This document shows, in pieces, positions 27,765-40,414 of a stretch of DNA of 64,000 bases. The stretch's first letter is position 1, and every line of letters starts with the position of its first letter. Source of the DNA: Camelus ferus (lineage: Eukaryota); the NCBI RefSeq assembly GCF_009834535.1, contig NC_045696.1:32242001-32306000 (forward strand), read 5' to 3'. A program made the translations under genes and the position numbers. The notes under the pieces are model-generated. The model was not told where the DNA came from. It saw only the letters and a list, made by a program, of their open reading frames with translations, and did not search any database.

Positions 27765-29266
27765 TTATTTTTTAAGTATAGTCAGTTACAATGTGTCAAT
27801 TTCTGGTATACAGTATATTGTCCCAGTCATGTATATATGTATACACATATATATATACATGTTCATACTCTTTTTCATTAAAGGTTATTGCAAAATATTG
27901 AATATAGTTCCCTGTGCTATACAGAAGAAATTTGTTATTTAATCTATTTTCATATATAGTGGCTAACATTTGCAAATCTCAAACTCCCAAATTTATCCCT
28001 TACCACCTCCTCTCCCCAGTAAACATAAGACTGTTTACTATGTCTATTTCTGTTTTGTAGATGAGTTCATTAGTTCCTTCAGTGTATGTACATATGACAA
28101 CTTCTTTATCTGGTCATTTGTCGATGGACATTTAGGTTGCTTTCATATACTGGCTATTACATATAGTGCTGCTGTGAACATTGGGGTGCATGTATATTTT
28201 TGAATTAGAGTTTCCTCCAGATATACACCCAGGAGTGGGATTACTGGATCATATGGTAAATCTATTTTTAGTTTTTTGAGGAATCTCCATACTGTTTTCC
28301 ATAATGGCTGCAGCATACTACATTCTCACCAGCAGTGTAGGAGGGTTCCTTTTTCTCCATAGCCTCTGCAGAATTTATTCTTTGTGGCCTTTTTAATGAT
28401 GGCCATTCTGACTGGTGTGACGTGATACCTCATTGTAGTTTTAATTTGCATTTCTCTGATAATTAGCAATATTGAGCATTTTTTCATGTACCTATTGGCC
28501 ATTTGTATGTCCTCACTGAAGAACCGCTTATTTAGGTCTTCTGCCCATTTTTGAATTGGGTTTTTTTTTTTTGTTGTTGTTATTAAGTTGTATGAGCTGT
28601 TTATATATTCTGAAAATTAAACCTTTGTCAGTCGTATTATTTGCAAATATTTTCTCCTATTCCATTGGTTGTTGTTTTGTTTTGCTTATGGTTTCCTTTG
28701 CTGTGCAAAAGTTTATAAGTTTAATTAGGTCCCATTTGTTAATTTTTGCTTTTATTTCTATTGCCTGGGTAGACTGCCCTAGGAGAATATTGCTAAGATT
28801 TATGTCAGAGAATGTTTTGCCTATATTTTCTTTTAGGAGGTTTATCATGTCTTATCTTGTATTTAAGTCTTTAAGCCATTTTGAGTTTATTTTTGTGTAT
28901 GGAGTGAAGGAGTGTTCTAACTTCACTGAATTACATGCTGCTGTCCAGTTTTCCTAACACGACTTGCTGAAGAGACTTTCTTTACTCCATTGTATGTTCT
29001 TGCCTCTTTTGTCAAAGATTAATTGACCATAGTCCTGTGGGTTTATTTCTGGGCTCTCTATTCTGTTCCATTGATCCATGTGTCTGTTTTATGCCAATAC
29101 CATGCTGCTTTGATTACTGTAGCTCTGTAGTATTGTCTGAAGTCTGGGAGGGTCAGTCCTCCAGCTTCATTCTTTTTCTTCAGTATTGCTTTGACAATTC
29201 TGGGTCTTTTGTGATTCCATATAAATTTTAAGATATTTGTTCTTGTTCTGTGAAAGATGTCATGGT
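27763..29266 (-). mobile_element. Lineage-specific (camelid-like) L1, 5'-truncated, ~1.5 kb
   Basis: ORF 28657-28848(-) ENIGKTFSDINLSNILLGQSTQAIEIKAKINKWDLIKLINFCTAKETISKTKQQP is clearly L1 ORF2; 3' UTR 'aagtatagtcagttacaatgtgtcaatttctggt...gttccctgtgctatacag'; short T tract at the left end. Confidence 0.95.
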
Positions 29267-29940
29267 CTAATGGAGTCTAGAAAAGGGAAAATAATAACTT
29301 ATACTGGAGAAACTTGGCAGATACTCTCCTAACCTAGACATCTAAGTTAACTAGTAATGTCACATTGGTGTCTATACCCATAATATAATATGATGGAAAA
29401 AGAATTTCACCTTTGTAGTATTCTCTCCTAAAAATCAATAATCACATCTAATCTCGAGAAAATGCAAGGCAATCCCAAATACAGTCTACAAAATAGCTAA
29501 CCATTACTCTTTAATCCTGTCAATGACAAGGAATCAGAGATTGAAAGAGGATAAGTAATATGACAGCTAAATGCAACATGGTATATTGGCTTGGACCAAG
29601 AACACAACATTTAATTTTTTTAACATCTTTTATTGATTTATAATCATTTTACAATGTTGTGTCAAATTCCAGCGTAGAGCACAATTTTTCAGTTATACAT
29701 GAACATATATATATTCATTGTCACATTTTTTTCTCTGTGAGCTACCATAAGATCTTGTATATATTTCCCTGTGCTATACAGTATAATCTTGTTTATCTCT
29801 ACAATTTTGAATGCAACATTTAATTTTGATCAAAGTTCTATCGTTTTGTAAGGTGCTAATACTAAGGGGAAATGGGTAAAGGAATAAGGGATCCTCTATA
29901 CTGTCTTTGCACCTCTCTTAAAAATTAGTTGTTTTAAAAT
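29267..29940 (+). mobile_element. Old L1MC/MD-type 3' UTR, right part
   Basis: 'gaaaagggaaaataataacttatactggagaaacttggcagata...tgacagctaaatgcaacatggtat...ctctatactgtctttgca'. Confidence 0.75.
29619..29808 (-). mobile_element. Young camelid-type L1 3' terminal fragment (~190 bp) with TSD
   Basis: 'ttttattgatttataatcattttacaatgttgtgtcaaattccagcgtagagcacaatttttcagttatacatgaaca...gtgagctaccataagatcttg'; perfect flanking repeat caacatttaatttt at 29605-29618 and 29814-29827. Confidence 0.9.
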
Positions 29941-31194
29941 ACCATTATTTTATGATTAAGTGCTTTAAAAAATGTTATTTCTGGTAAAGCATGTATTTTC
30001 AGTCTGGAATGGAGAACTCTTGTGCCCTGATAACTTTTACAAGTATTATATTGTGATTTAGAAACCACGTTGTTTCACTTTAATTTTAGTGACTGATGTT
30101 TAGACTGCATTATTCATTCCCATGCAAAAAAAAATAAATAAGGTGAATACAATTCAATTATGTAAAGTTATATGAAAACGGCTCTACAAAGTGTGCTATG
30201 TATAATTGCAATTTACACGAAAAGCATTCTGAATCCTCCTTTCCAGATGATGTAAGCAAAAGTTATACTCTCAAATTAATACTTAGGTTTCCAGAGGTTG
30301 CATCAGTGAAGCTGGGGAAGGATTAAGGCATTAGGGGCTAAAATCTGTCAAGTGTGGTTATGCATCTGAGATTCATTTACTGAACCATGAACATACTTTT
30401 TATTATCTTCCATGAAAATTTTGCTTCTGTAAATGAATACTGCATGTGATTATTAATACCAACCGAGATAAAAATAGAGCATGTTTGTGCAATACATTCT
30501 GTTGTTCTAGTTTGTAATCGTGGTCCTGAAATATTATCCTATGAAAACGCACAATAGGGTAATATCTTTTCTAAATTTATTTAAAGATTTCACACACACA
30601 AAAAGAACAAACAGTATGTTCCATTTCAGTATATACATGTATGCATTTAGGTGCTGAGAGAAGCCAGATATGCAGTAATTTCCATGCCTGAGACACTTTC
30701 TAACCTGCTGATGCTTAGCCCAACCCTACCAGTGCCTTCAGAAAGCTCTTTCTGCTGAGACAGCAATTTGAAACAATGGCTATTTTGAACATGTTTAGAT
30801 TTGAAGATAAAAACTAATCTCTTCATAAATCTTACTGTTTCATATTAAGTTGAGCTATACAGAGAATTATGAAAAGAGCAATTTTTACCTATTTGGTATT
30901 AATACTGTCTTAAGCCCTGAAGATTGCAGAGTCTATAATGTGAGGCTCAATTTGCAGAACACAGTTCCAAAATAAGAAATGGGAGTATTTTTCTTACTAT
31001 TGTGACAGTGATGAGACAGGAGGAGAATGATGCATTCAGTTCAGTCAGTTTGATAAATATTTACTTCGTGCAATCTGAATTTTAGAAAAAGTGAAGGCTG
31101 TGCCTTTTAATCATAAAGCAACAGATAAGTTAAAATATTACATTAACTGGAGTAAGAGTATGATAATAAAGAATAAAAGTAGATGTTTAGGTAT

Positions 31195-31470
31195 TTAAAT
31201 GACAGGATATGAATAAAACAGTAAGTAGATGATCAGAGAAGTGAGTTGAGAAAGTAGGATGTCACAGAAGCCAAGAAGTGAAAGCAGTTTAAGATGTATG
31301 TGTGAGAGGCAAACACAGCAAGGACGTTGATAAAGAGAAGAAAATGAGAAAGATATTTGGACTTTTGATTGAGAGATGATAAGTGACCTTGATATAAGTG
31401 TTTCAATAGATTTAAGAGCATGTTTCATAATGGTTAAAAAGCCAGTGGCTTACAAAGAAATGCAGGCGAA
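31195..31470 (-). mobile_element. L2 fragment
   Basis: 'gatgtcacagaagccaagaagtgaaagcagttt...aagtgaccttgatataagtgtttcaataga' matches antisense L2. Confidence 0.7.
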
Positions 31471-31644
31471 GGCATGTCTTTTAGTAAGTGGAATAATGCA
31501 GAAAAGGATATTGGTCTGAAGGCCAGCATTCCTTTAACAACTGATTACATTTCAGGGCTGAAAAATGATCCAATATTTTATTTCACTTTTTCTCCCTTTT
31601 TGTAATGAGAATATACCAGTTTGTTTTGTTTTATTTTACTTACT

Positions 31645-31945
31645 ATTTCCAGTTCTTCAGACATTTGTTAGGTTTCCACTGTGTACAAATTACAGTCTTA
31701 GGCACTATGGGTGGCATTAAAATGAACAAGATAATGCTCCCTCTCCTTGAGAAAATGAAATTTTTATAAAAAGTATTTGTGGAAAAATGATAAAGAGTAT
31801 AGTGTAAGGAAGACCATGCTCTAAAATACATAAGAGAATTCCTTACGTGCACTCAGGAGGGAAAAGCACGTAGGAAACTGGGCTGAAATCAGATTGGTGA
31901 GAGCTTTTAATGCCAAGCTTAGGAAATCAAGTTTATTGTGCATCC
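31645..31945 (-). mobile_element. L2 3' fragment
   Basis: 'ggcactatgggtggcattaaaatgaacaagataatgctccctctccttgag...agagcttttaatgccaagcttaggaa'. Confidence 0.55.
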
Positions 31946-33744
31946 TTTATGATTATAATAAATGTTTATTTTTATGTTTGTGAAGTGTCTAGAAGATAGG
32001 ATTTTGGAAGATCCCAGACCTCAGTCCTTTACCTATAGGCACATGAGCTCTGCTGAGAACTTCGGACTGCCTGAAAAGGTCAGTTAGGCTGTGCTGAAAC
32101 TAGGGGAAAACGCATGCCTTTGCAGCATCTTCAGTAGTACTTTCCGACACACCTGGCATGTTGACTTTGAATGACCTTACAAAGTGCTAAAGCAGTAGGC
32201 CTCTTACAAGAGAAACATAATCCTGACTCCAAGACAGGTGACAGATAGGCTATTATTTTTGACATTCCCATGAGAAAGTACTGGAGTACTCTTCTGAATC
32301 CCAAGGTGGAAAAAGCAGAACACCAGGGGTTCTCTAGAGAAGATGCTCTATCTTTTTTGTGGCTGGGATAAATCTGGAGACAGTTCCCAGAAGTACCATG
32401 ACTAATGTTCTTGGAAGGAGTCATCTATATATCGATCCAAATGAAGAATATTTATTTTAAGATTGGCATCTAACTACTCTCTCTTCTCCTCAGGAGAAAG
32501 GAAAAAAAAGTGGTGGTTCTTATTGGAAATAGAAGCATATGCTTCTCAAAATATTTAGCAGACTTTTGTATTATCTAAACCTTGATATAAACCAGGAGCA
32601 ATTAAAATGTACTAAACAAAATATGCTCTTTTTTCATAGACTATGCAGTACAAACGCTTAACATCTATAGTGTTTTGAGAGGTAAATTCACATTCTTTAT
32701 TATCTAATATGAATTTATAAATCAGCTTATTTATAGTAGTAGTGTATAATGACATATTTAGACACACATCTCTACTCTGCACATCCGTCCCGTCATTAAA
32801 TGCTGATATTTTCTTAACAAAATACAAATGGAACATATTACTCTTGTTTCTGTATGATGGAACATGAATTTCCTCTACAGTGGAGCCTCTGAGGATTTGG
32901 TAAGAGCAGTTGAAGAACTGTGAACTGCACTTAAGCATCTTTAAAATAAAAGTCTTTAATAAACGGGAGTCATTTTGCTTCTTTAGCTGCTCTTAAGGAT
33001 AGCAGCCCACAGAGGGAGAAAATACAAGAATGAATGAATGAATGCTTAATAAATATTTGTTGAATTGAATTGGGTAAGTAATTGATTATTCTTCAACTGC
33101 AAAAGACTTTTCTGGAGCTTTTAGAAGGAAGGTACTGTGGCAATTTAGCTTGATCCATGTAGCATTCAGCAGAGTGCCACGTAGCTGGAAGGTGCCGCCG
33201 TGGTAGGGCGGCGTGGAATTGGATGTGGTACAGGCATCTGAATATGATCTCAGGGACATGGTTGCTGGCAGTATACAGGGTTAAAAACTGTATATTTACG
33301 TATATTTTTAAACTAGAACAAAAGGAGGTGGCAGTTTCTGACACATAATAGATCCTTAGATCTGCCAGGAATGTTGTTTTCTTTTCTTCCATTTCAAGGT
33401 GGAAAATGAGACAAGTTCCACCAAAATTATGAATAGGTTCCATCTAGGAAAGAGCCTATAATTGCCTTCCAGTGCAATAGTGAAACAGTGCTACTGGTCA
33501 CCAACTTGACTTTGAAAAAAAAAAAAACTAGAATATCTCATAATCTAAAACCCAGCGACTCACAAATGGATATCACAGTGACATTAGCAAACCCCTTTTT
33601 AAAATCTTGAAACTAAACTAAATCTGATAACAAAACAGTGTAGGTACATCTTTCCCTTTTCAGGCATGTTTCTGTCACTTTATTTATTATAATTCATTTC
33701 TTCACATGGTAAAATGGCTGCCTGCAGAAACACCTGGCTAATAC

Positions 33745-33935
33745 AAGCTTCTCCAACACAACTCAGTCGAGATCTGGAGCTGGATATTCCTTGTTCTGAG
33801 GACACTGTGTATCTGAAGATGCTTAGCAGCATCCCTGACACTAGACACTAGATATGCCAGTAATAGACCCTCCCTAGTCTTCACAATCAAAAATGTCTGC
33901 AGCCATTACCAAATGGACCCTAAGGGATACAACAA
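33745..33935 (-). mobile_element. MER20 hAT-Charlie DNA transposon
   Basis: 'gatgcttagcagcatccctgacactagacactagatatgccagta...cacaatcaaaaatgtctgcagccattaccaaatggaccct' matches reverse MER20. Confidence 0.85.
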
Positions 33936-34169
33936 GGCTAATGGATACATTACATGTGTGTAGTTCTATTTAGTGTAGGTTTATACTGTAGACCTAAAAG
34001 GCACAGATAATTTTCATATGAATATATTTGGTGAGCTTTCTTTATTTTAATATGCTTTGAAAGATTTGTCAATTGCTATTGTGTTAGTATTAATTGAATG
34101 ATTATTACACGACATTTCTCTTTATGTTCTTGTAAAATAATGCAAGTTCCTTTTACAGTGAATGGCAAT

Positions 34170-34320
34170 TGAACTTAAGGTACTGAATTAGTCTACACAT
34201 ATTATTTAATCTTAAAAATACGTATGGGATGTACATATCACAGTTAAGAAAGTTACTGTCCAGAGGACTTATATTGTCCAAGGCCACACAGCTAGAATCC
34301 AAACTTAGCTCTTCTTAATA
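34170..34320 (-). mobile_element. MIR fragment
   Basis: 'tacacatattatttaatctt...ttgtccaaggccacacagctagaatccaaac'. Confidence 0.55.
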
Positions 34321-35012
34321 AAACAGGTAGCCTTTCTTTCTTAGTATAGTGAAATTGCATGGTTTAGGAAGCTATAAGAAAATACTGTATCATCTCTATG
34401 TTTTGTAGGCCTCCAGTATAATATTTAGCTGGCTATTATTTTAAAACTTTCCCAGTCTTTTCAGACTTCATATTCAATAAAATTTTGAAACAATGTAATA
34501 TTAATTATTTTTCCAAACATTTTTTCTTATTCCTTTTGGGAGTCCTTCCAATAATGTAACTCAGACATAAAAGAGAAACATCCCTTCCCTTCATAGTTTT
34601 TTAAGAACCTCTTTACTAAAACTGTATTGAATTTGTTATTTGAAGAAAAATGTTGGATTATAGTATTCATTTGTAATTTTGTTTCTTTGTCATTTAGTAA
34701 ATGCTCAAGTTGCTGATTTATGAACCTTCCCTTGCCTGAAAGAGCCAAGGTAAATTGCAATTGGCAGTTCTGTAAAGGAGTCTAAATTATTTTCTTTCAT
34801 GAATAATATGAAAAATTGAAGTGTCATTGATGTTCATTAAAAAACGCCGTGGATTTTTACAAGTACATAAATAGAAACTCTCGTCTAAAAAAAATGTAAT
34901 TGAAAGAAGTGATTTTAGTGGGTTTTTTTTTTTAAACATGAAGACACTTGTCAAATCTTTGCAGACCTTGAGGCTTTTTTGGAGTATTTTGTATAGGCAT
35001 ATAAAGTAATTA

Positions 35013-35155
35013 TCGTATTTCATTGGAATAACATGCACAATTTTATTTTCACATTTCAACATATCTGAATTTGTGAATCATCTTAAAATCCCCGCTGTAT
35101 CAGAGTTTAATTGCCAGGATTTTTCTTTTCTAAGTACATAAAATAATGATGCAAG
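35013..35155 (+). mobile_element. MER104-like TcMar non-autonomous DNA element
   Basis: 'cgtatttcattg...atgcaca...ttttcacatttcaacatatctgaa...agtttaattgcca...gtacataaaataatgatgca' follows the recalled MER104 consensus. Confidence 0.7.
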
Positions 35156-36494
35156 TGATAATTAATGTTTATATTCAATAACATAAGCATTAATGAGATT
35201 TATTAAAATCTATCAATGTTTAAAATTTTGATGCTAGAAATATTAACTCATATGTTAATTAATTTAGATAGTAACATTAACTGCTAATTGTAATTTCCAT
35301 TGGATAGAATTTAAATTCTATAGCAAAAGCCTTGGCAGGACATACATTTCTAAAATATTTTCAGCATAACTTTTCTATGCTGTCATATTTTGACAAGTTA
35401 CTTGTTCTTTGTTTTTGTTTTATTGCTCAGTGTATACACAAACCATTTTGAAAGATATCTGATAAATCTTTTCAAAAATGCATATGCAAGTGGCTACAAA
35501 AATGCTGTATGTCTATCAGATATGCTTATCAGTTTTAAGAGTGGGTTTTTGGCCCAGTATATGTACTGAAAATGTATTTGATTAAAAAAGTGGAAGTGAT
35601 AATTATACATATTTATAATTATTTCTGTCTTTGCTCAGGATGCTTTCTGCCTATTACTTGTTTTTTATCACATAGGTAGAGGAATTTATTATATTGATAA
35701 GTTTGCTAGGCAGACATTTTATTTCCAGAATACATGGAATTCAATGAGTGTATTTCTGTTTTTCATATTTTCATATTTGTATGCCCATAAAAATATCCTG
35801 TACATGTCAATCATTATAACCTAGTTTGAACAGGAATATTATCTTAGGATTACATTTGGTTATCTGTCTTTTTTCTAAGCATGAAAAGCCCTTGATACTA
35901 TATCTTTTAAGCAAGCATTTTAAAAATGAAGAGCAAATAGACAAGGGTTTTGAAGTTTGCATCTGTTGATGTAGAAAGTAAGCTATTAATATTACATATA
36001 TTCAAACTAATCACAATTTATGGAATTAACTGTAAGTGAAACCATGTAGAATGACATTTCATGCTTTTGGTTTCTTGTGATGTGAAAGGGAGATGTTTTT
36101 CTCTGACAGATTACAGATTTGGTATCAACTTTCCATTCCTCAAGTTTACATTGCAAGTTATTTTTTTTTAAGTGACAAACAGAAGAAAACTGAACCTTGA
36201 ATTAATAATTTTTCAGACCCAGTACTCCAAAGCTAAAGTGAAACAGGGCTTTCAAGCAATTATTTAGGTAATTGAAGTTCAAATCCGTAGCTCATTTTGG
36301 TAGAAAATCCTATTATGCTCATCAAGAGAACACATTAAATAACTGATAGGCATCTATGTTCTGAAATAAACAATGTGCAAAACTTGTCAGGCATTACTCT
36401 GCCTGTCCTCCGGAAGTTTACTGTTTTAACAGTAACTTCATAGACGTGCATAGGCACAGATAACTTGGGATAAGTGGAGTAAATGATGGTCCAT

Positions 36495-36992
36495 TTAAAA
36501 CAACAAATATTTATCATATCTTAATTTCTGTGAGTCAGAAATCTAGGCAAGCCTTAGCTGGAGGCCCTATGGCTCAGGGGCCCTCCGGCTCAGGGGCCCT
36601 CCCAAAGCTGCAGTCAAGGTGCAGACTGGGGCTACAGCCAATTTAAGGCTCAACTGAGGGTCGTTGTCCAAGCTCACTCATGTGGCTGTTGGCACTTCTC
36701 AGGTCCTCAGTGGCTGTTGTCCAGAAATATCAGTTCTCTTTTGGGCAGCTCATACGTGGCACCTGGTTTCCCTCAGCATGAGTGAGACAGAGCCAGAGAG
36801 GAAGGGCAAGACAAAAGCCAGAGTCTTTTGTAACCTAATGTGGGAAGTGACATCCCATTACTTTTGCCATATTGTATTTTTTAGAAATGAGTCCCTAGGT
36901 CCAGACCACACTCAAAATCAGGGAGTTACAAAAAAGTATAAATACTCAGAGGCCAGTATCATTGGGGGTAATTTTAGAGACTGCCTACGACA
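36495..36992 (-). mobile_element. MaLR LTR (MLT1F/G-like)
   Basis: 'taaaacaacaaatattta...tttctgtgagtcagaaatctagg...ccaagctcactcatgtggctgttggca...ggaagtgacatcccattacttttgccatatt...gactgcctacgaca'. Confidence 0.85.
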
Positions 36993-38104
36993 GCACCACC
37001 AGCCCTTAGTATGATGCTTGTCCTCTTCTAAAGCTAAAGTTTTTTTTTTCCTCTCTCCTTTTTGTGGTTATTTCATTTTCCCTCCATCAATAAATGTATT
37101 TTGTTTTCTCCCTTCATCACATGTTTTCCATATGCTGTAAATCTTTATAACCACACTTTCTCAATCATCTTAAACGTGAGACCAAGGAGGTACATTCATT
37201 TGTTGAATTTTATGTTCTTCATGTTGTGCAAAGTGTTGTGGTCTGAAAGTCCTGGTTATGTTGTGGTTGGACTTCAAATGAATGAAGGAAATTAATAAGT
37301 GAAATTTGCCCATGGCATTATGTTATTCCCCAAACTTACACAAAATCAATGCCTGCAGAAATTTAAAAGAAAGGTGATCATTTTGAGCAGGGCATTTTTA
37401 GAGGGGGTAGGGAACAAGAAGTGGTAGGGAAGTACTGAGCAAAGTAATGTTCATCAAATCTGAATCACTGGATGTAACGAGGGAATGTCCTCCTATGGGC
37501 TGCCATCTTCAACTTGTCGAATGTAGTGATTATTATTTCTTACCAACTTCCGTAAGTTTTAATTTCCCTTGATGAAGTAGGATTTATTGTCCTCATAAAA
37601 TTTTCTTAATAAATGCAATGAGATTGGCAACTGCACCAATTAATTAGTCAAGTACATATAAAATCCCTAGTGTTCAGTTAACTCGATCTTTTAAAAAAGA
37701 GTTAAAATACAGGTATATAAAGAGCTAAAATATATAGCAAATATTTTTTATTTCAAATTTTATATTTAGAAAAGGGAAATGTAAAGCTTATTTTGTGCTT
37801 TGTAATCAGTATAGATGAGTGATATTTTATAGGCAAAACATTTATAAACAAGTAGAAGTCCCTTAGAGCAGATGTAGGCCGGTAAACTACTAATTATCTT
37901 TGAAAATAAATAGCTATGTGAAGTTCCATTCTTCTAGAGTTGCCTACTCTTTCTTTTTATATAACCTAATCAAAAGTCACACTCTTCACATTTTCTTTTA
38001 TTTATACATTTTTAGGTAAATCGCACCTTGTTTTTGAATCATCAACAATAAGCAACTAAGTTTGCAACAAATACACATTACTTACAGTAATCATAACATA
38101 TTAA

Positions 38105-38460
38105 ATTAACCTGCAGCAAACATTTATTTAGCATTTACTGTGTAATACTAAAAACAGAAACTTTTCTTAGTGTTTGATAATATTAATATATTTAGTCTTC
38201 AGGATAATATTTTGACAAAAATAGTTATAATATCTACTTTTCAGATGAGACACAAATAATTTAAGTAATTTACCCACAGCTGGAACTGTGAATCTATAAG
38301 AATTTGTGCTCTAAGTAGACTGTGGTGTAATTACAAAGTTGTAGTAACTGATGTAAGTCAACAGCTCTGAATAAAAGCACCATAAAGGTAGAGGCTGTAT
38401 TTTACCCTCCATTTTATATTCAAATGGTTGTTGAATGAATGAATGAGTGAATAAATGAAA
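38105..38460. mobile_element. MIR (-) followed by an L2 3' terminus (+)
   Basis: 'tctacttttcagatgagacaca...ttaagtaatttaccca' then the L2 tail 'caaatggttgttgaatgaatgaatgagtgaataaatg'. Confidence 0.6.
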
Positions 38461-39169
38461 ATATAAACATGTTACATGACTAGCTGGGGTTTTAATAAAG
38501 CATTACTGAATTCAGAAAGCCTAAATTATGACCCAGCTTTTACAAATACCAGTCATCAGAGACACTGTTTTGTTAATTTCCAGAGGTGTTTATTTTGAAC
38601 CAGCATAAAACCTGTAGTTTCTGGAAGGCTTTCACATGCAGGGTCACCAAATTCATCTTATGGAAGAGCTGCTTCTGAATAAATAATAGAATAAGGCAGC
38701 TATTTTTCATTACCTACACAAAACTCAATCTAACTTTGTTGTCATAAACTCTTTTGTTCAGATGAAATAGAATTATACTTATAAAGTGATATATTTATTG
38801 ACAACTCATAATAAATCTTTCATAATGAGAAACAATATATCACATTGTCAGGAAATAAGGGCAGAAATAAGAGGCCCCTCAAATCAACTTTAGGGTGTAC
38901 TAAATGATACAATTATGTTACACAAAATTGAATTTTCAAGACCTGAAGTAGTTCTTTACTGGGAAATTCTAATTGCTTCTTCCTCAACTTCTAAACAAAA
39001 GTCTTTGAGAACTCAATTATTTGGTAAAAAAATGGCACTTATCCTCTCATTTTATTCAATAGCAGATTTCATTGTGTCATACTGACATTAAGGTAAAACT
39101 ATTTGGCAAATCTTAGTTTTTTCATTGTTCTTGTGCATTCATATGAGCTCATCTTCCCTTAGTCATCAG

Positions 39170-39800
39170 CAAGAGAGCATACTGAGCACCTGGCATGTGC
39201 TAAATGCCTTGCTACATGCTGTGTGGATGCCAAGAAGTGATGGAGGAGGAAGGAAACCCAAAGAGGTTTAAAAGTGAAAATATGTATCAGAAGTTTCACA
39301 ATAAATGTGTACCGAAGAAAGTGAAAAAATGGAGATTAGTGGGAAATGAGAAAGGCTGAGAGTATTTGTGGAGGAGATGGGAAGTATGATTTTTACCAGG
39401 CTCTTAAATTGATGACAGGCATGGCGTGAAATAGGAGAAAAGGAGAAGAAAAAGGCGGCCATTTTGTAACCATAAGATTTAAATTACTATAGATTTCATG
39501 TTGGAGAACAGAGTTAAGACAGGTATGTTTCTGAGGGCCTTAAAAAGACTAAATTTGACTTATGTGTGCAAGATGACAGAGAGCCATCACAAATTCTTTT
39601 AAGATGAAAGCATGGTTTATGGAGATGGTTCTGGCAGGATAATGAGTGGTGGATTATATGGACAGTAGACATAAGAGATGGAGAAGCTGTTTATAAAGGG
39701 GGATGCTTCGGCTTTTCATGGCCAGGTAAGGAGGGTTCACGTTTCCAGAAATTAGGATAGTGTAAATGAAGAAGTATAGCTATATTTCCAAGAAACTTGA
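39170..39800 (-). mobile_element. L2 fragment
   Basis: 'actgagcacctggcatgtgctaaatgcc...tgcaagatgacagagagccatcacaaattc...ggagatggttctggcagg'. Confidence 0.6.
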
Positions 39801-39989
39801 TATGGAAGAACACATATAAAAACATCAGGTTTATATGGTAGAGACGAGGCAGTTTCTGTAGCAGTCACAGCACTTTGTAAGTTTGAATTTACGAGGTTGT
39901 ATATGGTCTCCTTGTTTCAGTGTCCACCTTTATGCTGATGGTTCTAGATTTGGAGCAGCAGACTTATGCATAATTATAAAACCTTCTCA

Positions 39990-40405
39990 TGGATAACTCA
40001 CTGTTTTCAACCATGAATTTATACTGTTCTCCAAAATCTGCTTCTCCTTACCTCCTTACGAGGAAGAATGTCCTCCTATCTCATTCTCCTTGTTTCTGAA
40101 TATGCATTTATTAATGATCCCTGTTACTCCCATATTGCTCTCAAACGCTAGTCTCCCCACTCCCCAACCCACTATCCCATGTGACTTTCCTTGTCTGGAC
40201 CCTCACCCTTTCTAACTTGGACTGATATAGTAGCTCTCTCCCTCTGTCCTCACTTCCAGTCTGTTCCCACTCCAGTGCCATCTCCCTTTGCTGTGAAGCA
40301 TCTTTCTACATCATGGATCTGATTATATGCCCAGTTTACAGAGTTCGTCACCTTGTTGTTCATAGAATAATTCCCAATTACCTAGAAACACAAAGGACCT
40401 TTTTA
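39990..40405 (+). mobile_element. L2 fragment
   Basis: Pyrimidine-rich sense L2: 'ctccaaaatctgcttctcct...ttctaacttggactgatatagtagc...tctttctacatcatggatctgattat'. Confidence 0.6.
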
Positions 40406-40414
40406 ATATTTTGT

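Noticed and set aside
28556..28957. Longest ORF (133 aa, hydrophobic)
   Set aside because: It is the antisense frame of L1 ORF2; hydrophobicity comes from T-richness
33093..33443. 116-aa minus-strand ORF over the CpG micro-cluster
   Set aside because: No recognisable protein similarity in the frames I read and no convincing splice context
36664..37014. 116-aa ORF
   Set aside because: Lies within the MLT1 LTR; chance ORF with a TTG start
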